A model generated the notes under the pieces. The model did not search any database. It was not told where the DNA came from and worked only from the letters and a program-made list of their open reading frames with translations. A DNA stretch of 64,000 nt from Felis catus (taxonomy: Eukaryota), in assembly GCF_018350175.1 (NCBI RefSeq), contig NC_058382.1, positions 60,452,001-60,516,000 on the forward strand. The letters are read 5' to 3'. The position numbers were made by a program, and so were the translations under genes. Below are positions 10,939 through 22,900 of the stretch, piece by piece; position 1 is the stretch's first letter, and each line of letters begins with the position of its first letter.

Positions 10939-13900
10939 TTATTCCTCTATCTCTGTGCCTAACTTTTGATTTCCTCACCGTGTTTTTCCATTACGGCGGC
11001 CGTGGATGCGGCCGATAAGATCGGTCCCCGGAGATGGGACAAAGGGGCCGCCATTGGTTCGAGGGCTGGTCATATCCTGCCCGAAAGGGCCGAGCTGGGC
11101 CTGAAACACGGCGTGATGCTATCGCTGGGGCTTTTGTGTGTGTCGTCGTCGTCGTCCTCGCGGGGAGGCCCCCTCCCCCGCCCAGGACTCGCCTTTGCCC
11201 CTCTGCAGCCGCCTCTGGGTTGGCCCTCCTTCGGCCCGGCCCGGCCCGGCCCCCGAGGGCAAGGCCGCCTCGGCCAGGTGGGCCGGATGTGTGGGCATCC
11301 ATCGGGTGTTGTGGCCTCCCTGAGGCCCCGGGCCCGTCCCTGCCCTCCCGGCGAGAGCTCACAGACATCCGGGTGCCCCTGGCTGCGCCCCACGCCACAG
11401 CTGCGAGCTCTGGCCCTGACTCCGCAGTCCCCTCCTAGGAATTTATCCCACACGGTCACCTCCGTGCGGACAGGCATAGGGTGGCGAGGACTGTCGTCGT
11501 GGCCCTGCCGACCCGCAAAATCTCTACCGGAAGAGGGAGAAACGTTTCTGAAAGCATATTCCCCGAGGATTCCTAAACGTTCTGTCGGCACGCGTCTCCC
11601 TGCGCACACCGTGGGGCTGAACGGACCCCGAAGGCCGCGGCAGTAACAGCCGATCGGGAGTAACGTCGGGTGGCCCCACCGCCACCCGTCACCTTGCCAC
11701 TGCCTGAGGCGGTTCTGCGCGACTTGCCCTGCCCCGCCCCAGGGCCCAGGGGCTTTGCTGGGTCTTGGAGGGCGGGCACATGCCACCCCCGTGCCAGGTG
11801 TGGAGCTGGGCGTGAGCACCCCCACGGAGCCCAGCTGCGGGCACGGCCCCCCATCTGGGGCCCGGTCGGCCACCCCGAGGGCTCCGGAGCAGAGGAAGGA
11901 GCTGCGCCTGCTGCGTGCGGGGGGCAGTGCCCTCTGTACTCGGAGCCTCCTGCCCCGCTTCCTGGACCCCTGCCCCAGCCCAGCCCCCTTCTTCCCTGCC
12001 TCCCCTTCAAGGGGCCTGAAGGACGGAGGCCTGGATGGGTCGGACCTCTGGGTTTGAACTCCGTCACCCGCCTCGCTGTGTGGCCGGGTCCGCTCTGACC
12101 CTTGGTCTCGTCTGTGAGGAGAATAACCACGCCTGTGCTGCAGGGGGGCGGGGTTGAGGGCGAGCCGATCAGTGCTGTGAAGGCAGGTGTCTGGGGTTCC
12201 ACGCAGGGCAGGCCCAGGCCCTCCTCTTGTGAGTGCCTCCTTTGTGGGCGGGGCGGACAGGAGGCTGCCTTTTCTGGAAGGATCTCTGTAACCCCTGAGG
12301 GCTCTCCGGGCCACGGGTGGTGGCAGCGTCTTATTCTCCATGGTGCCGGCTGACCTCTGACCTCCATGCCTGCTGCTGCCACGCCCCCGGGGTGGAGGTA
12401 GGCACCTGCCAGGCTGGGGGCAGCACCCAGGCCGCCACCAGTGGCAGCGGTAGGAGGGCCGTCCCGTCGGCCTTCACCCCTGCGACCACCCAGGCTCTGC
12501 CCAGACCCTCACTTGCCCACCCGCCTACCCTTCAGTTCACAGAAGAGAGGCCGGGCCCGGACCCCTGGCCGCTCCCCAGCCTAGGCAGGGAACGGGGTGC
12601 GTGGCCAGGCCAGAGGCCAGGAGGTGGTGAGCTGGAGGCTGGACGGGAAGGAAGGGCCCCCGGTGGCGTCGGCCCCTGGAAAAACAGGGGGCAGGGGCCA
12701 GGACACCGATAGGAGCCAGATAAGCTGTTTGCACAGGAGGTATTTTCTTTACCTTATCACACATCCTGCTTCCAGCCCGCTGCCAGGATGAGGCGGGGCA
12801 GGGGAGAGCCAGGGACCCCCACCCCAGCGCTCAGGCCTCAGGGTCTCCCAAGGCCAGAGAACCCGGGTCCGGGAGCTGGTGGGACTGCCTCTCCCCACTC
12901 CATAACCGGGAAGACTGAGGCCCAGAGACCCAGGGCAGTTGGCTTTTCAAGGAGGCTGGAGGCACCATGAGTTCTCCCACTTCGAGGCTCCTGGAAACCG
13001 GGGTTCTCAGATCCCACGGGGCTGAGGGGAGACCTCGTCCATCGGAGGTCGTCTTGGCGGGGTGCGTCGGGCCCAGTGCGCACACTGCTAAGGGGTCTCA
13101 GGCCCCACCACCCGCCCTGTGTCTCCTCCTGCCAGACAGCTGCTCTTGGCCGTGCCCGAGGGGGAAGTGTCTGACGGCACAACCAGGTCCCCAAGAAGCC
13201 CCGGGTTGGGGGTTCGGGTGGGGTGATCAGAGCTCAGGGCAGCTCCCACTGTGACCGCCCCCCCGGACCTGGCTCTGAGCTGCCCGCGGGGCCCCTACCA
13301 CCCACGCGGGGCCTGGTCCGGATGGCCGCGGACGCTCTGCCCCTCCCAGCCCCCCGGACCCCTCTCCCTAAGTCTGCCGCCCGCCCCCCCCCCCGCCAGT
13401 GGTGAAGGGCCCCTGCAGGCCCCACCCTGGGCTGCTGGCCATCCCAGGAGGCCCCAGCTCCACCATTAGCTGGGGCCAGGGTTCAGCCCGATAAAGATGG
13501 GCTGTTGTTCTGTGTCAAAAAATCAATAATTTCCAGCGATGTTTCAGCGATAGGGAGGGAGGTTCACAGGCACCAGCTGGTGGGTGGGGCGGGGGCAGAG
13601 CAGGGGCTCCAGCATCTGAGGGCTGCCCTCCGTGCCACTGCCCCCCTGCTGGCTGGCGGTGCAGACCCACGGTGGTCCCAGGGCAGCTCCAGGTGACCTA
13701 GGCTGGTCCGCCTCTCTCCTCGCCTGCCCCCACCCCCCGGCAATGCCCTGCTTTGTGGATGGGCTGGGCCCTCCCCAGGGCATGTGGGCAGCCACTCTGG
13801 GCCTCCCTGTGTCTCCCCGGGGGACCGGCGCCCCTTCTCCCCGGCCTGTGGCTTCTCAGCTGCTCTGGGTCGTCCACCACTGGCCCTGCTTCCAGCCACC

Positions 13901-16900
13901 GTCCTCCAGACACGGGTGTCCACTGGGTCGCAGGCACTCTCAGGGCCTCCAGGACACAACCGTCAGCACCCCTAGCACTAGAGGTGACGGGAGCCCAGGG
14001 TGCGACAAGGCCAAGAGGCAGGGAGGGGCCGGTAGCCGATGGCATCGCCCCCACTGCCTGCCTGGGGGACAGGCACACGGAGGTCCCCGGCCAGGCGTCC
14101 GGGGCCATGCCCCGTGGTGGGCACCGTGGCCGGCACCCACTGGCCCACGGCAGAGCTGGCCGTGGTGTGGGCCCGCCAGCCCCCTCTGTGTGGCTCCCAG
14201 GGACGCCGCCTGCCCGCCAGCTCCCCCAGGGCTCGGGCCAGCCCCACGTGACGCAGCTGCTGATCAGTGCTTGGCGGCCGGAGGAGGGTTGGGACAAATG
14301 ACGCCACGCCCAGTGGCATAGGCCCACGTCCAGTGGCAAACGCACCTCGGGCAGGTGTGGGCTGGGCGGGCCGCCGTCGCCTCCTGGCAGGTAGGCCCCG
14401 TGCCAAGGGGAGAGAGAGGCCTCAGGGTCCGAGCTCCGGAACCCACCCCCTCCAGCCTGGCTCCCTGCGACCACCTTAGGAAGGGAGGTTCTGGGCTTGA
14501 GACCCTTTGAAAACCTCGGGCTGGGAAGAGAAGGAAGGGCCTCTGCAGGCTGGACACCTGCATCCAGGCCCAGAAGCCGGTGGGGCCACCGTGGGCAGAG
14601 GAGCTGGAGACCCTCTCGAGCGGTGGTGGGTCTGGGGTGGGGGCAGCCGGGAGTGGCCCCTGTGTGCAGTGGGTCAGGGAGGTCCCTGGGAACGGGTGCA
14701 GGGGTGGGGCGTCGTCCTGAGGAGAGGCGGTCACCCTCTCAGGGGTCATAGCCCGCGGGAGCCAGAGCCCGGCTGTCCGGCTGTGCCATGGTGCCCCCGT
14801 GAGGCCAGACATCCCAGCGCGTAGGTGAAATCTGAGGGATGACAGCTGTTGGTCCCCGTTTTTATGCACGTCCTCAGTTCACAGGCCCTGGGCCCCCTGG
14901 CTGCCTCTCCCCAGACCCTGGCCCTCCCACAGCGGTCTGCACCTTCCGGGGACGCTCTGTGGGGTCGCCGGGGCCGGAGGCAGGGTGGAAACCCTCACCC
15001 CGGATCCCCAGGAGCCACTAATCCGTTGAGGCCTCAAGTGACTTTGCTTTGGAGGCGGTGATCGCGTGTGTGTCCGTGGCCCCCTCGCCCTGTCGTACCT
15101 GGCAGACAGCAGCACACGTCACGTGATTCCTTCCACCGTGGCCGTACTAAATGCCGTGGGGCCACTGCCTGGACACAGGGATCGTCTTCTGCCCCGCTCA
15201 GCCTCGCTGCTCCCACCTGTGAAATGGGGCCACGGCCGTGCTTCCAGATCCGCCGGGGCATCCCGGCATCCCGCATCAGGGGTGTCCCGGCCACCTGACG
15301 TTCCAGATCCGCTGTGAGGGAGGCCATGCGGCCTAGGTTGAGGTCCGAGGGACCTGGGCTCTGTGACCTCCGGCAGTCCCTCAGCTTTTCCAAGTCTTGC
15401 TTTTGTCAACTGGCAAGGGGAGACGGACCCCGCCGTTGTTCCCCAACACTGTGTCCCCATAATTCACAGACGGGATCCTGGGGCCTGAGATGGGTGGGGT
15501 CTGCCCAAAGGTGCCATGGCCACTGGCGACGGGGAGGGCTGGAATCAGGCTCTCCCCTTTTTTCCCCAACGTGGCATTCAGGTATGGCTTGGTCCAGGGC
15601 ACATGCCGGCTGGCTGGCCCCACGGCTCTGGGTCTCCTGGCCCTGGGGCCCCAGTCTCTGTGGGCGTGCGTACGCTTCCCGGGGCCTGCGGGGTGGGATG
15701 GCGTGAAGGACAGCAGCCTGGGGGGCGTCTTAGCACTGTCCCAGGGGACAGTGGGCACCTCCGGCTGGTGTCCGGGTTTGGGGAGAGGCAGCATCGGGAC
15801 AGGCCTCCCGCGGAGCCCCTGGCCGCCCACCGTGTACTTTGACCTCGCCGACCCACTGGAACACAGCCCCGTGCCTTCCTCGCCTCCAGCTCAGCCTGTC
15901 CCGAGTCCCCCTCCTCTGGCCTTGTGGCCCCATGTGTATACAGGAAGCAAAACGGGCCGACAGGGTGGGCCCCAGCAGGTACAGATGTTCCCAGAAGCCG
16001 ATGGGGACCCGGCCTCCTCCAGCCGGAGCACAGGAGGATTGCACGCGAGCAGGGCCGTCCAGGAGGGGGCCCTCCATGCGGCCCCTGCTTGGTGTTCCCG
16101 GGTCACCAGGCTCTGCCCTCCCAACAGGCGGGAACAGGCCCCAGATCTCCCAACGCGCCGGGGCCGAGGGTGTCCCGGCGAGCCACTGGCGGTGGCTGCC
16201 GCTGGGTCCCACTGTCGCACGCGGGCTCGGAGGCAGGGACTGGGGGCCCTGTGGTGCTGCTGGAGGTTCCGTCACCGCTGAGAGCGGGCGCTGGTAGCAT
16301 GTGTCTTAGGAGAGGCGACCCCCGGAGGGGCAGAGCCCGGCCGGCGTCATGTGGGACTCTGGCGGCCTGGCTGGATGCACCTCGCCTTGTGCTGACCTGT
16401 GAGGCGGGGACTCTTCCCCCCACCCCCATTTCGCGTAAGGAATAGCCGAGGGCTGAGAGGGAAGTGACCCGTCCAGCTGGGAGGGGGCCGTGGTGGGATA
16501 CAAACCAGGCTCTCTAGCCCCCGCGGCTCAGCCGGGTTAATAGGGGTCAGTCTCCTGCCCCCCCCCCAAGGCAGCTCTGTTCCAGAAGGGCAGGTCCATG
16601 GTCAGCTGCTAAAGCTACAGAGGGGACAGAGCCTGGAGGGCGGTGGCTGTGTGGGGACAGGGCCTGGAGGGCGGCAGTGGCCACGTGGGGACAGAGCCTG
16701 GATGGCGGTGGCCATGTGGGGCAGAGCCTGGAAGGCGGTGGTGGCCGTGTGGGGACAGGGCCTGGAGGGCGGCAGTGGCCACGTGGGGACAGAGCCTGGA
16801 TGGCGGTGGCCATGTGGGGCAGAGCCTGGAAGGCGGTGGTGGCTGTGTGGGGACAGGGCCTGGAGGGCGGTGGCCACATGGAGACAGAGCCTGGACGGCA

Positions 16901-19900
16901 GTAGCCACATGAGGACAGCCTGGATGGCAGTGGCCATGTTGGGACAGAGCCTGGATGGTGGTGGCCGTGTGGGGACAGGGCCTGGAGGGCAGTGTTGGCC
17001 ATGTGGGGACAGCCTGGATGGCAGCGGTGGCTGTGTGGGGACAGTCTGGATGGTGGTGGCCGCGTGGGGCAGAGCCTGGAAGGCGGTGGTGGCCGTGTGG
17101 GGACAGGGCCTGGACGGCAACAGTGGCCGTATGGGGACAGAACCTGGAGGGCGACAGTGGCCGTATGGGGACAGAACCTGGAGGGTGGTGGTGGCTGTGT
17201 GGGGACAGAACCTGGAGGGCGGTGGTGGCCGTGTGGGGACAGTCTGGATGGCGGTGGCCACGTGGGGCAGAGCCTGGAAGGCGGTGGTGGTCATGTGGGG
17301 ACAGGGCCTGGACAGTAGTGGCCACGTGGGGCAGAGCCTGGATGGTGGCAGTGGCCACGGGGGGGACAGGGCCTGGAGGGCGGTGGCCACGTGGGGACAG
17401 CTTGGATGGCAGTGGCTGCGTGGGGACAGAGCCTGGACGGTGGCAGTGGTCACGTGGGGACAGAGCCTGGAGGGCAGTGGCCGCGTGGGGACAGAGCCTG
17501 GATGGCGGCAGTGGCCATGTGGGGACAGAGCCTGGAGGGCAGTGGCCGCGTGGGGACAGAGCCTGGATGGCAACAGTGGCCGTGTGGGGACAGAGCCTGG
17601 ACGGCAGCGGTGACCATGTGGGGACAGAGCCCGGACGGTGGCAGTGGCCATTTTGGGACAGAGCCTGGTTGGTGGTGGCCGTGTGGGGATAGTCTGGACG
17701 GTGGCGGTGGCCGTGTGGGGACAGCCTGGACGGTGGCGGTGGCCGTGTGGGGACAGAGCCTGGAGGGCGGTGGTGGCCGTGTGGGGACAGAGCCTGGAGG
17801 GCGGTGGCCGTGGCCGTGTGGGGACAGTCTGGATGGTGGTGGCCACGTGGGGCAGAGCCTGGAAGGCAGTGGTGGCCGTGTGGGGACAGTCTGGACGGTG
17901 GCGGTGGCCGTGTGGGGACAGCCTGGACGGTGGCGGTGGCCGTGTGGGGACAGTCTGGATGGTGGTGGCTGTGTGGGGCAGAGCCTGGAAGGCGGTGGTG
18001 GCCGTGTGGGGACAGAGCCTGGAGGGCGACAGTGGCCGCGTGGGGACAGCCTAGACGGCGGTGGCCCCATGAGGCAGGAGGGGGAGCCACCCGACCTCTC
18101 TGTCTTTCTAGCACCTCACCGGCCTCCGAGCTCAGGGCCTTCCCAGTCAGGAGGGTTCAGTTGGGGGCAGAAAAGGGACTGGCCTTCACAGCCAGTGACC
18201 TTACCTTGGCCCAGGCCGCTAGCCCGATGCTCCAGGCCCTGGGCGTCCAGGGAGCACGTCTGTGCGAGCGTGCGAGCAGGGGGCCTGCCTGGCTCCTCGC
18301 TGGGGGACAGCCTGTGCCAGCCGGGCCCAGGCCCAGGGGGACAGAGGCCGGCTCGCCTCACCCCGCGCCGCCCCACTCGCCCCCGTCGGCCCCAGCCTGC
18401 CGTGTGACCTTGAGAGAGTCCCTCGCCCTCTCTGGGCCTGGTTTCCATGTCGGTACGGGACGTGTTGGAAGTACACACAGCCTCCCAGCCTGCCCCGCTC
18501 TGGGCCCACGCCCGCGGAGACTTCTAGAACCCCACAGGGTGGGGCCAGCTGGCCCCCGGAGCTTTCTTCCGCTCCCTCTCCCTCTTTTTCTCTCCCTTTT
18601 TTTTGACTTTTATCAAAGGCAAACAGCGTGATCCCTGAGATAGGGCCGCTCCCGATGAAGCTGGGGCCAGCTGGCCCGTGGGAGCCACAGGGCGGGGCCC
18701 GGCGACAGGCGGGTTAGATCGGTGAGCGCTGGCGGTGACCCCGGGCCCTCGTGCGGCCCCAGAGCCCACCGTGCAGGGTGGGGCCCGCGGGGCCGCTGGA
18801 CTTTGCGCTCTGGAAGCCACCAGCCGGCAGCACGAGCACAGTTTGGCTCCTGGAAGGAACAGCCAGCCGGTGGGGTGCAGGGGCAGCCCCCAAGCTCGGA
18901 TACTCCCACGCACCGCAGGGCTGCCCCGAGTCAGAGCCACGAGCCAGCCTCTGGGGTGGAGGGGGGCGGGGGGCTGAGACCTGGTAGGCCCTGAAGCCGC
19001 ACGGTCTGGGCGGGAGCCCTGGCTCTCCCGTCGGAAAGGAGGTCGGGTCTGGTCCGGGCAGGGTGGCTGTGCCCCCATGGGACCCCGCGCCCTCTGGGCT
19101 GCTTCCGCAGGACGGAGAGACCGGGGCCTCCTCGTGCACCGCGCACGCTGTTGAGGCTGACCACGAGGGCTCTGGGGCGTGAGGCAGGGCTGGGGCCCAG
19201 ACCTCAGTTCTGTCACCCGGCCACCCCCTCCGCCAGGCCCCCAGAAGCGGATCCCGAGCCGGCCTCCTTTGTCCCCTGGGGATGCCGTCAGAGGACTTTG
19301 AGACCTAAGCAGACACTTAAATCATATAAGTATGCAGAGGCTGAATCCTCTCCTCTGGTTCCTCACAGATGCTTGGGGGGCGAAATTGAATCCCCGTGCG
19401 GCGTGTTTGTTCTGGAAATAACGTGTGTGGGTTGTTTGCCAGGATGAATTAGTCTTTGTCCTGATGCTGTGTCTGTAGTGACAGCCTGACCCCCACGGGG
19501 GGAGACCGTGACAGAAGGGGAAACTGAGGACACAGCGGGAAGAGTTGACCATAGGACAGGACAGGACAGGGAGGGTATGGCCCGCCACGAGCTCCCGCCG
19601 TCTGCATCCCGCCAGAGCAGGGTGTCAAGGCCCTGGCCGTGAGCACGGCTGGGGCTCCGGGTCACATCTCCCCTCCCTGTCCCGTGCCTTGAGCCAGTAG
19701 CTTAACCCCTCTGCGCCTCGATTACCCCTCTGTACACGGGGAGAGGAACTCCAGTGTGGCAGGAAGGACTGCCTGCCAACTGTCCCAAGCCCTTGGCTAA
19801 GGCCCGCTGAGCGGGGGCCAGGAACCGTGTTGGGACCAAGGGGATGGAAGCCTCGTTTCTAGCCAAGGGGATGGAAGCCAAGGCACGGAGAGCCGGAAGG

Positions 19901-22900
19901 TCATGGCCAGGACCTAGCTGGAGCTGGTGTCTCTGTCCCGCTCACCCCCGCTGCTCCGGAGCCCGGAAGAAACAGGGATCACGGGAGGCTGCCGGGAAGG
20001 AGGACACCTCCACCTGGAAGCCCGCTCCAGCTGGCCCACCCTCACGGCTGTCACCGCTCACGTCTCCCGAGAGACCCAGAGGGCAGAGGCTGTGCCTGCC
20101 CCGGGCGTGACTGAGCGCTGAGCCAGGATTCCAGAGACCCGGGTTCTGTGCCCCCTGCCGCCAGAGCCTGTGGTGCGGCTTGGGTGCTCATGGCCCCAGG
20201 TCCCTGTGGGTGTGGTTGGGAGCCACCTCCGTGGCTGCCACGGGTCCTCCGGCTGTCGTAGAGGCTGTTTAAAAATAACCGTGTTTTCCTGCCTGTCCGT
20301 CTTCCTGCCAGCTCCTCCCCCCGGCTCAGTGCCTCCCACCCCTGAGGCCCCTTGCCCTCACTCATTTATACTTTTATTCACTCTGGGCCAGGAATAGGTA
20401 CCCCTCCCCCTGCCGTTTTCTGATGCTGGTTTACTTCTGCTCAGAGAGGGTCTCTGGCGGATGCTAACTGGGCTCTGATACCGCTTGGCCCTCTCTCAGC
20501 TACGCAAGGGGTTGGACAGGAACCGTTTGCTGGAAATAAGTTATCTGAGCACATGGATGTTGAACATCACCAGGGCCACCGTGTACAGTTGCACAGGCTG
20601 TGCACTTCCTCATCACCCCGCAAATGCTCGGCCCCTCGGAACCAGCCTCCCCGAACCAGGGAGGTGGGTTTTTATGGTGACCGTTGCCCTATCCCCAGCC
20701 CAGGTTTCCCCATTCCCTGGCCGCCTCACCTCTCCCAGGCCTTGACCAGCCCCCAGCAAGCCCTGAGTGGTGGGTTCTGCCCTCAGGCATGCAGAATGGC
20801 AGCCTTTATCGGGAGCCAGCCCACCCTCTGGCGGTGCACGATACCCAAAGACGGACCGGCTGCCGTGGGAAGCGCCAGCCACGCTGTTATCTGGGAGGCT
20901 CGGCCTGCCGGCCCTGAGGCTCCGATTAGGGAGCATGGCTGTTTGCCTGTGGGTGCCCGGTGGGCGGGGTGCGGAGGCACCCTGCCTCTGCTCCTTTCCT
21001 CCATTGCCGCCAGGGCTGGGGGCCCCGAGAGAGAAACCTCAGGACTGCAGGTGTGACCAGCCAGCTCGCCCCCACGCCTCCTCTGCCCTCGGGGACCCCC
21101 GGGCCGGCCACCCACGCGCTGGATCCTGAGTTCTTCCTCCCACGGGAAGGGGGGCCGTCAGCCTCGGGTGGAAGGCGTCGTCGGGGGGAGGGGGGAGCTC
21201 GGTGCCCCACAAGGCCAGGACGTTTCAGATGTCCTAGACACTGACAGGGGAAGTGGGTGAGAACAGGAGTCACGGTCACCATCCCTGTCTTGTCTGTGGT
21301 CCCGGCAGAAGGGAGGTCCAGAGAGGCGTGGGGGCATCCCTGTTCAGAGCCCACGCGCAGGCCGACCAGCGGTTCCTGGCTGTCTGGATACGGGCAGGCC
21401 GCGTCGGGATTCCGGACGATTCCCCCTTGACCCGCTGCCACGAGTAGGGGAGCGGGGGTGCGGGGCTCAGGCTCACGCCGCGTGGGCTCTGACCCACTGG
21501 ATGACAGAAGAGTGGATGGAAAAGTGAGTACCCGGCGAGCTCACCTTTAGGTGGCCTTGTACTCCCCATCCCTCCCTCACACATGCCGTCCCCTGAGGGC
21601 TGGCCAGCAGGGGGGACCGGAGATCCAGTATGCCCAGGATCCAGGGGGCATCCTCCTGCCAGCCATGTGGCCTCTTGGGGCCCCAGCATCCTTGTCCGTG
21701 TGGGGGATGGTAGGAGACAACCGACTTCGTAGGCGCATTTGAGCAGGGGTGGGTGACTTCGTGCTGGCCAGACACACCCCTGCCCCTGAGGACGGGCCCC
21801 GTGGGGCCAGGGAGGGGGTGGGCTGTGGGCAGAGCCCTGGGCTGGGACCCAGGTGTCCTGGGCGGGTCTGCAAGGGACATGGCCCCTCATGGGTGAGCTG
21901 CAAAGTGACAGTGCCAGCCTCTGCCCCCCTCTCTGGGGGGGCTGGTAAAGGGGTGCCGGCCTCCTCGGCCTCATCCTGGTCCCCTGCCATCGTATCTGCC
22001 CCGGGGAAGACAAGGACCCAGTTAGAACGTTTCAGCTGGGCCTCCTGGCGTATTTACACGTTATCTCTGCCATTAGGCTGGCAGTTATCTGATAATCGGG
22101 CCCATTAAGGCCACAGCCTGCCTGATCGGGGCTCCAGGAAGTGGGGCCGCGGCCGCAGCGCTCGCTTGGGGACCAGGCCAGGCCACGTGAAGCCTCTGTG
22201 GGCCCAGGCAGCCCGGACGGCATCCGAGGCACAAGGCAGCCCGGCCTTCCTGGGCAGAGTGTGTGGGATCTGGGAAGGGACGGCACTCTGAGGGCACGCC
22301 CACCCCCGGCCCCTTGTCCTGGGAGGACACCGAGGCCATGGGCGGGCAGAAAACGTGCCAGGCGTGGGTCTCCCAGGGCGGCCCTGTCAATTGTGTACAA
22401 CCTTGGGGCCTTAAAACATCAGACATCTGCTCTCTCCCAGCGCTGGGGCCAGAAGCCCCCGGCCAAGGTGTGCCTGGGCCACGCTCCCTCCGGAGGCTCC
22501 AGGGGAGGGTCCTTCTGCCCCTCACAGTTCCCGGGGCCCCAGGTGCAGCTTCCTCCCGACCCATCACTCTGGTCTCTGCCTGTCCTCATGGGGCCCTCTT
22601 CCCTGTCTCTTCTGTGTCATTTATAAGGACATTTGTCATAGGATTTAGGGTCCCATCAGATAATCCAGGATGGTCTCATCTTGAGCTCCTGACTTGATCA
22701 CATCTGCACAGACCCTTTTTCCAAATAAGGGCACGTGCACAGGTTCCTGGTGGATGTATCTTCTGGGGGCCGACATTCGGCCACTACGGAAAGTCACGTG
22801 GCCCGTGCAGCGAGGCCGGGCCAAATCGCAGTCCTGCCCGAGTGAGAATGACGGTCTCAGGGGCTCACAACAGAGGCCCATCTGTCTGTATAAATGTAAC

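Noticed and set aside
11070..12341. 423-aa minus-strand ORF in intron 3
   Set aside because: Gly/Arg/Pro-rich composition typical of random GC-rich DNA; no recognisable motif.
16622..18067. CRISPR-like array
   Set aside because: Eukaryotic context; degenerate tandem units with no unique spacers and no cas genes.
16622..18067. GGACAGAGCC resembles the right half of the REST/RE1 motif
   Set aside because: The left half (TTCAGCACC) is not present next to it; half-sites alone are weak evidence.
16547..18631. Long ORFs (414, 499, 320, 338 aa) with repeating HGHHRPPG / VAVWGQS peptides
   Set aside because: Translations of the intronic minisatellite, open in most frames because the unit lacks stop codons; no splice or homology support.
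19836..19879. 17-bp direct repeat ccaaggggatggaagcc
   Set aside because: Small local duplication with a 10-bp spacer; no element between the copies and no functional clue.
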